Positions 62,901-64,000 of a DNA stretch of 64,000 bases are shown here, piece after piece. Below the pieces are notes generated by a model. The model made no database searches, was not told the DNA's origin, and was given only the letters and a program-made list of their open reading frames with translations. The position numbers and the translations under genes were made by a program. The stretch comes from Marsupella aquatica (Eukaryota; Plantae; Marchantiophyta). How positions within the stretch are numbered: position 1 is the stretch's first letter; each line of letters opens with the position of its first letter. The stretch covers positions 6,410,963 through 6,474,962 of the forward strand of contig OZ316893.1 of NCBI GenBank assembly GCA_973895155.1, read 5' to 3'.

Positions 62901-64000
62901 GAATATATACCCTGGCTCTAGGTAACTCCTTACCTCGCTCCTTACATAGAGTGGCAGTACTGTAGTGTGCACTTAGGGGAGGCTATTAAACAACAAGGAA
63001 GGACTGTATTGAAATAACTAACTTAGGGGGGCTATTAAACAAGGAAGGTATTGAAATAACTATCCTAATTTTTTTTCATGCCAGGATACACTTCCTAGTT
63101 ACTTCTGATTTCATAACATTGGATAGAAGACTGGCAGGCCTGCTGGCAGGGTTCCAAATTAAAGATCAAATCATTTGACTGAAACGTTGACCCATTGAAT
63201 GATAATGCTATCTTATACCTAGATTCAGTCACTATATAATTAGGAGTAGAACATTTGTTACTATCTTCCACTACTTTCATATCCATCAAATTTAATTTCT
63301 CGTTTGGTAGTTCCCCGGGTAGTCTGTTCATTTCATACATTTTCTTTCCAGAGTTTCCTAGAAACTTCCATTGATCCATTTGGCTTCCATTCATGTCACT
63401 CAACCCAAATGAAGGGTTTATTAAACTAGACTGGTACTCTAGTTCTTAAAGCCCAGTAATTTAGTTTCCACGCTACAAAGGAAAATACACATTTTAAAAT
63501 CCAGCAATGGCATTTAGTGGAACAAAGGTCCAGGCCAGGCTATCAAATTTGACAGCTGATTAATTATAAACAACCCTGATTGATGCCTTTGCATTGCATA
63601 GAAAATGTTGAAGCAAGGCAAAGAAATGAAGGTGAGGCAAAGAAGTACTAAAATGTTCTGTGGTTTGGAGGTGTCATGTGACGCACAATGAGTAGGTACC
63701 AAGCACCCTCAATACTAAGAAAACAATTAATGTTAAGACTACTTTTCCAAGAATTCCTGGCTTGAAGCATTTGCTTGCTCACTTGATTGATCATTGGCTA
63801 AGAAAGAGGACGGTCCAGAGTACGGTGGAAGAGAATGCACAAGAAATGGTCGGATTTTTTAGATCAACAGATGAGGTCAAATGTTGATAATTAGCCATGA
63901 TGGTGTGCAAATGAATCTAACCGAAAGTACTTTTAAGCTAGTCACACTCTTGGGGTCACACTGGTATTCTTTTTAAGGTTATTTTCATTATTTTCTTTCT

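Overview
This is eukaryotic land-plant DNA with GT-AG introns; a bryophyte host is my inference from the repeat families. One clear host gene is present, a six-exon sorbitol dehydrogenase (26774-30180, 366 aa), plus a probable small plant gene at 53718-54566. The rest is nested transposons and repeats. The main find is a 12.1-kb DNA transposon (4536-16629) with 27-bp imperfect TIRs and a 4-bp ATGC target duplication. It splits a Mutator (MULE) transposase, and removing it restores the MULE frame exactly. It carries a DUF7869/Sola-like DDD transposase on the minus strand. On the plus strand it carries a tight cargo cluster: a small 3-exon gene, an F-box-like gene, an unknown gene, and an intron-containing fusion of a ParB/Srx-like domain with a prokaryote-type beta-class N6/N4 DNA methyltransferase. 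About 21 copies of a 16-bp palindrome (CCGATAAATTTATCGG) lie throughout this element, and I saw none outside it, which suggests a parS-like self-recognition or self-marking system. This copy is decayed. Also present: a complete PIF/Harbinger element, a Copia-type solo LTR, a tRNA-derived SINE, a 337-bp TRIM with tRNA-like LTRs, foldback/MITE elements, and a duplicated copy of the SDH upstream region. All family calls come from motif recognition by eye; no searches were run.
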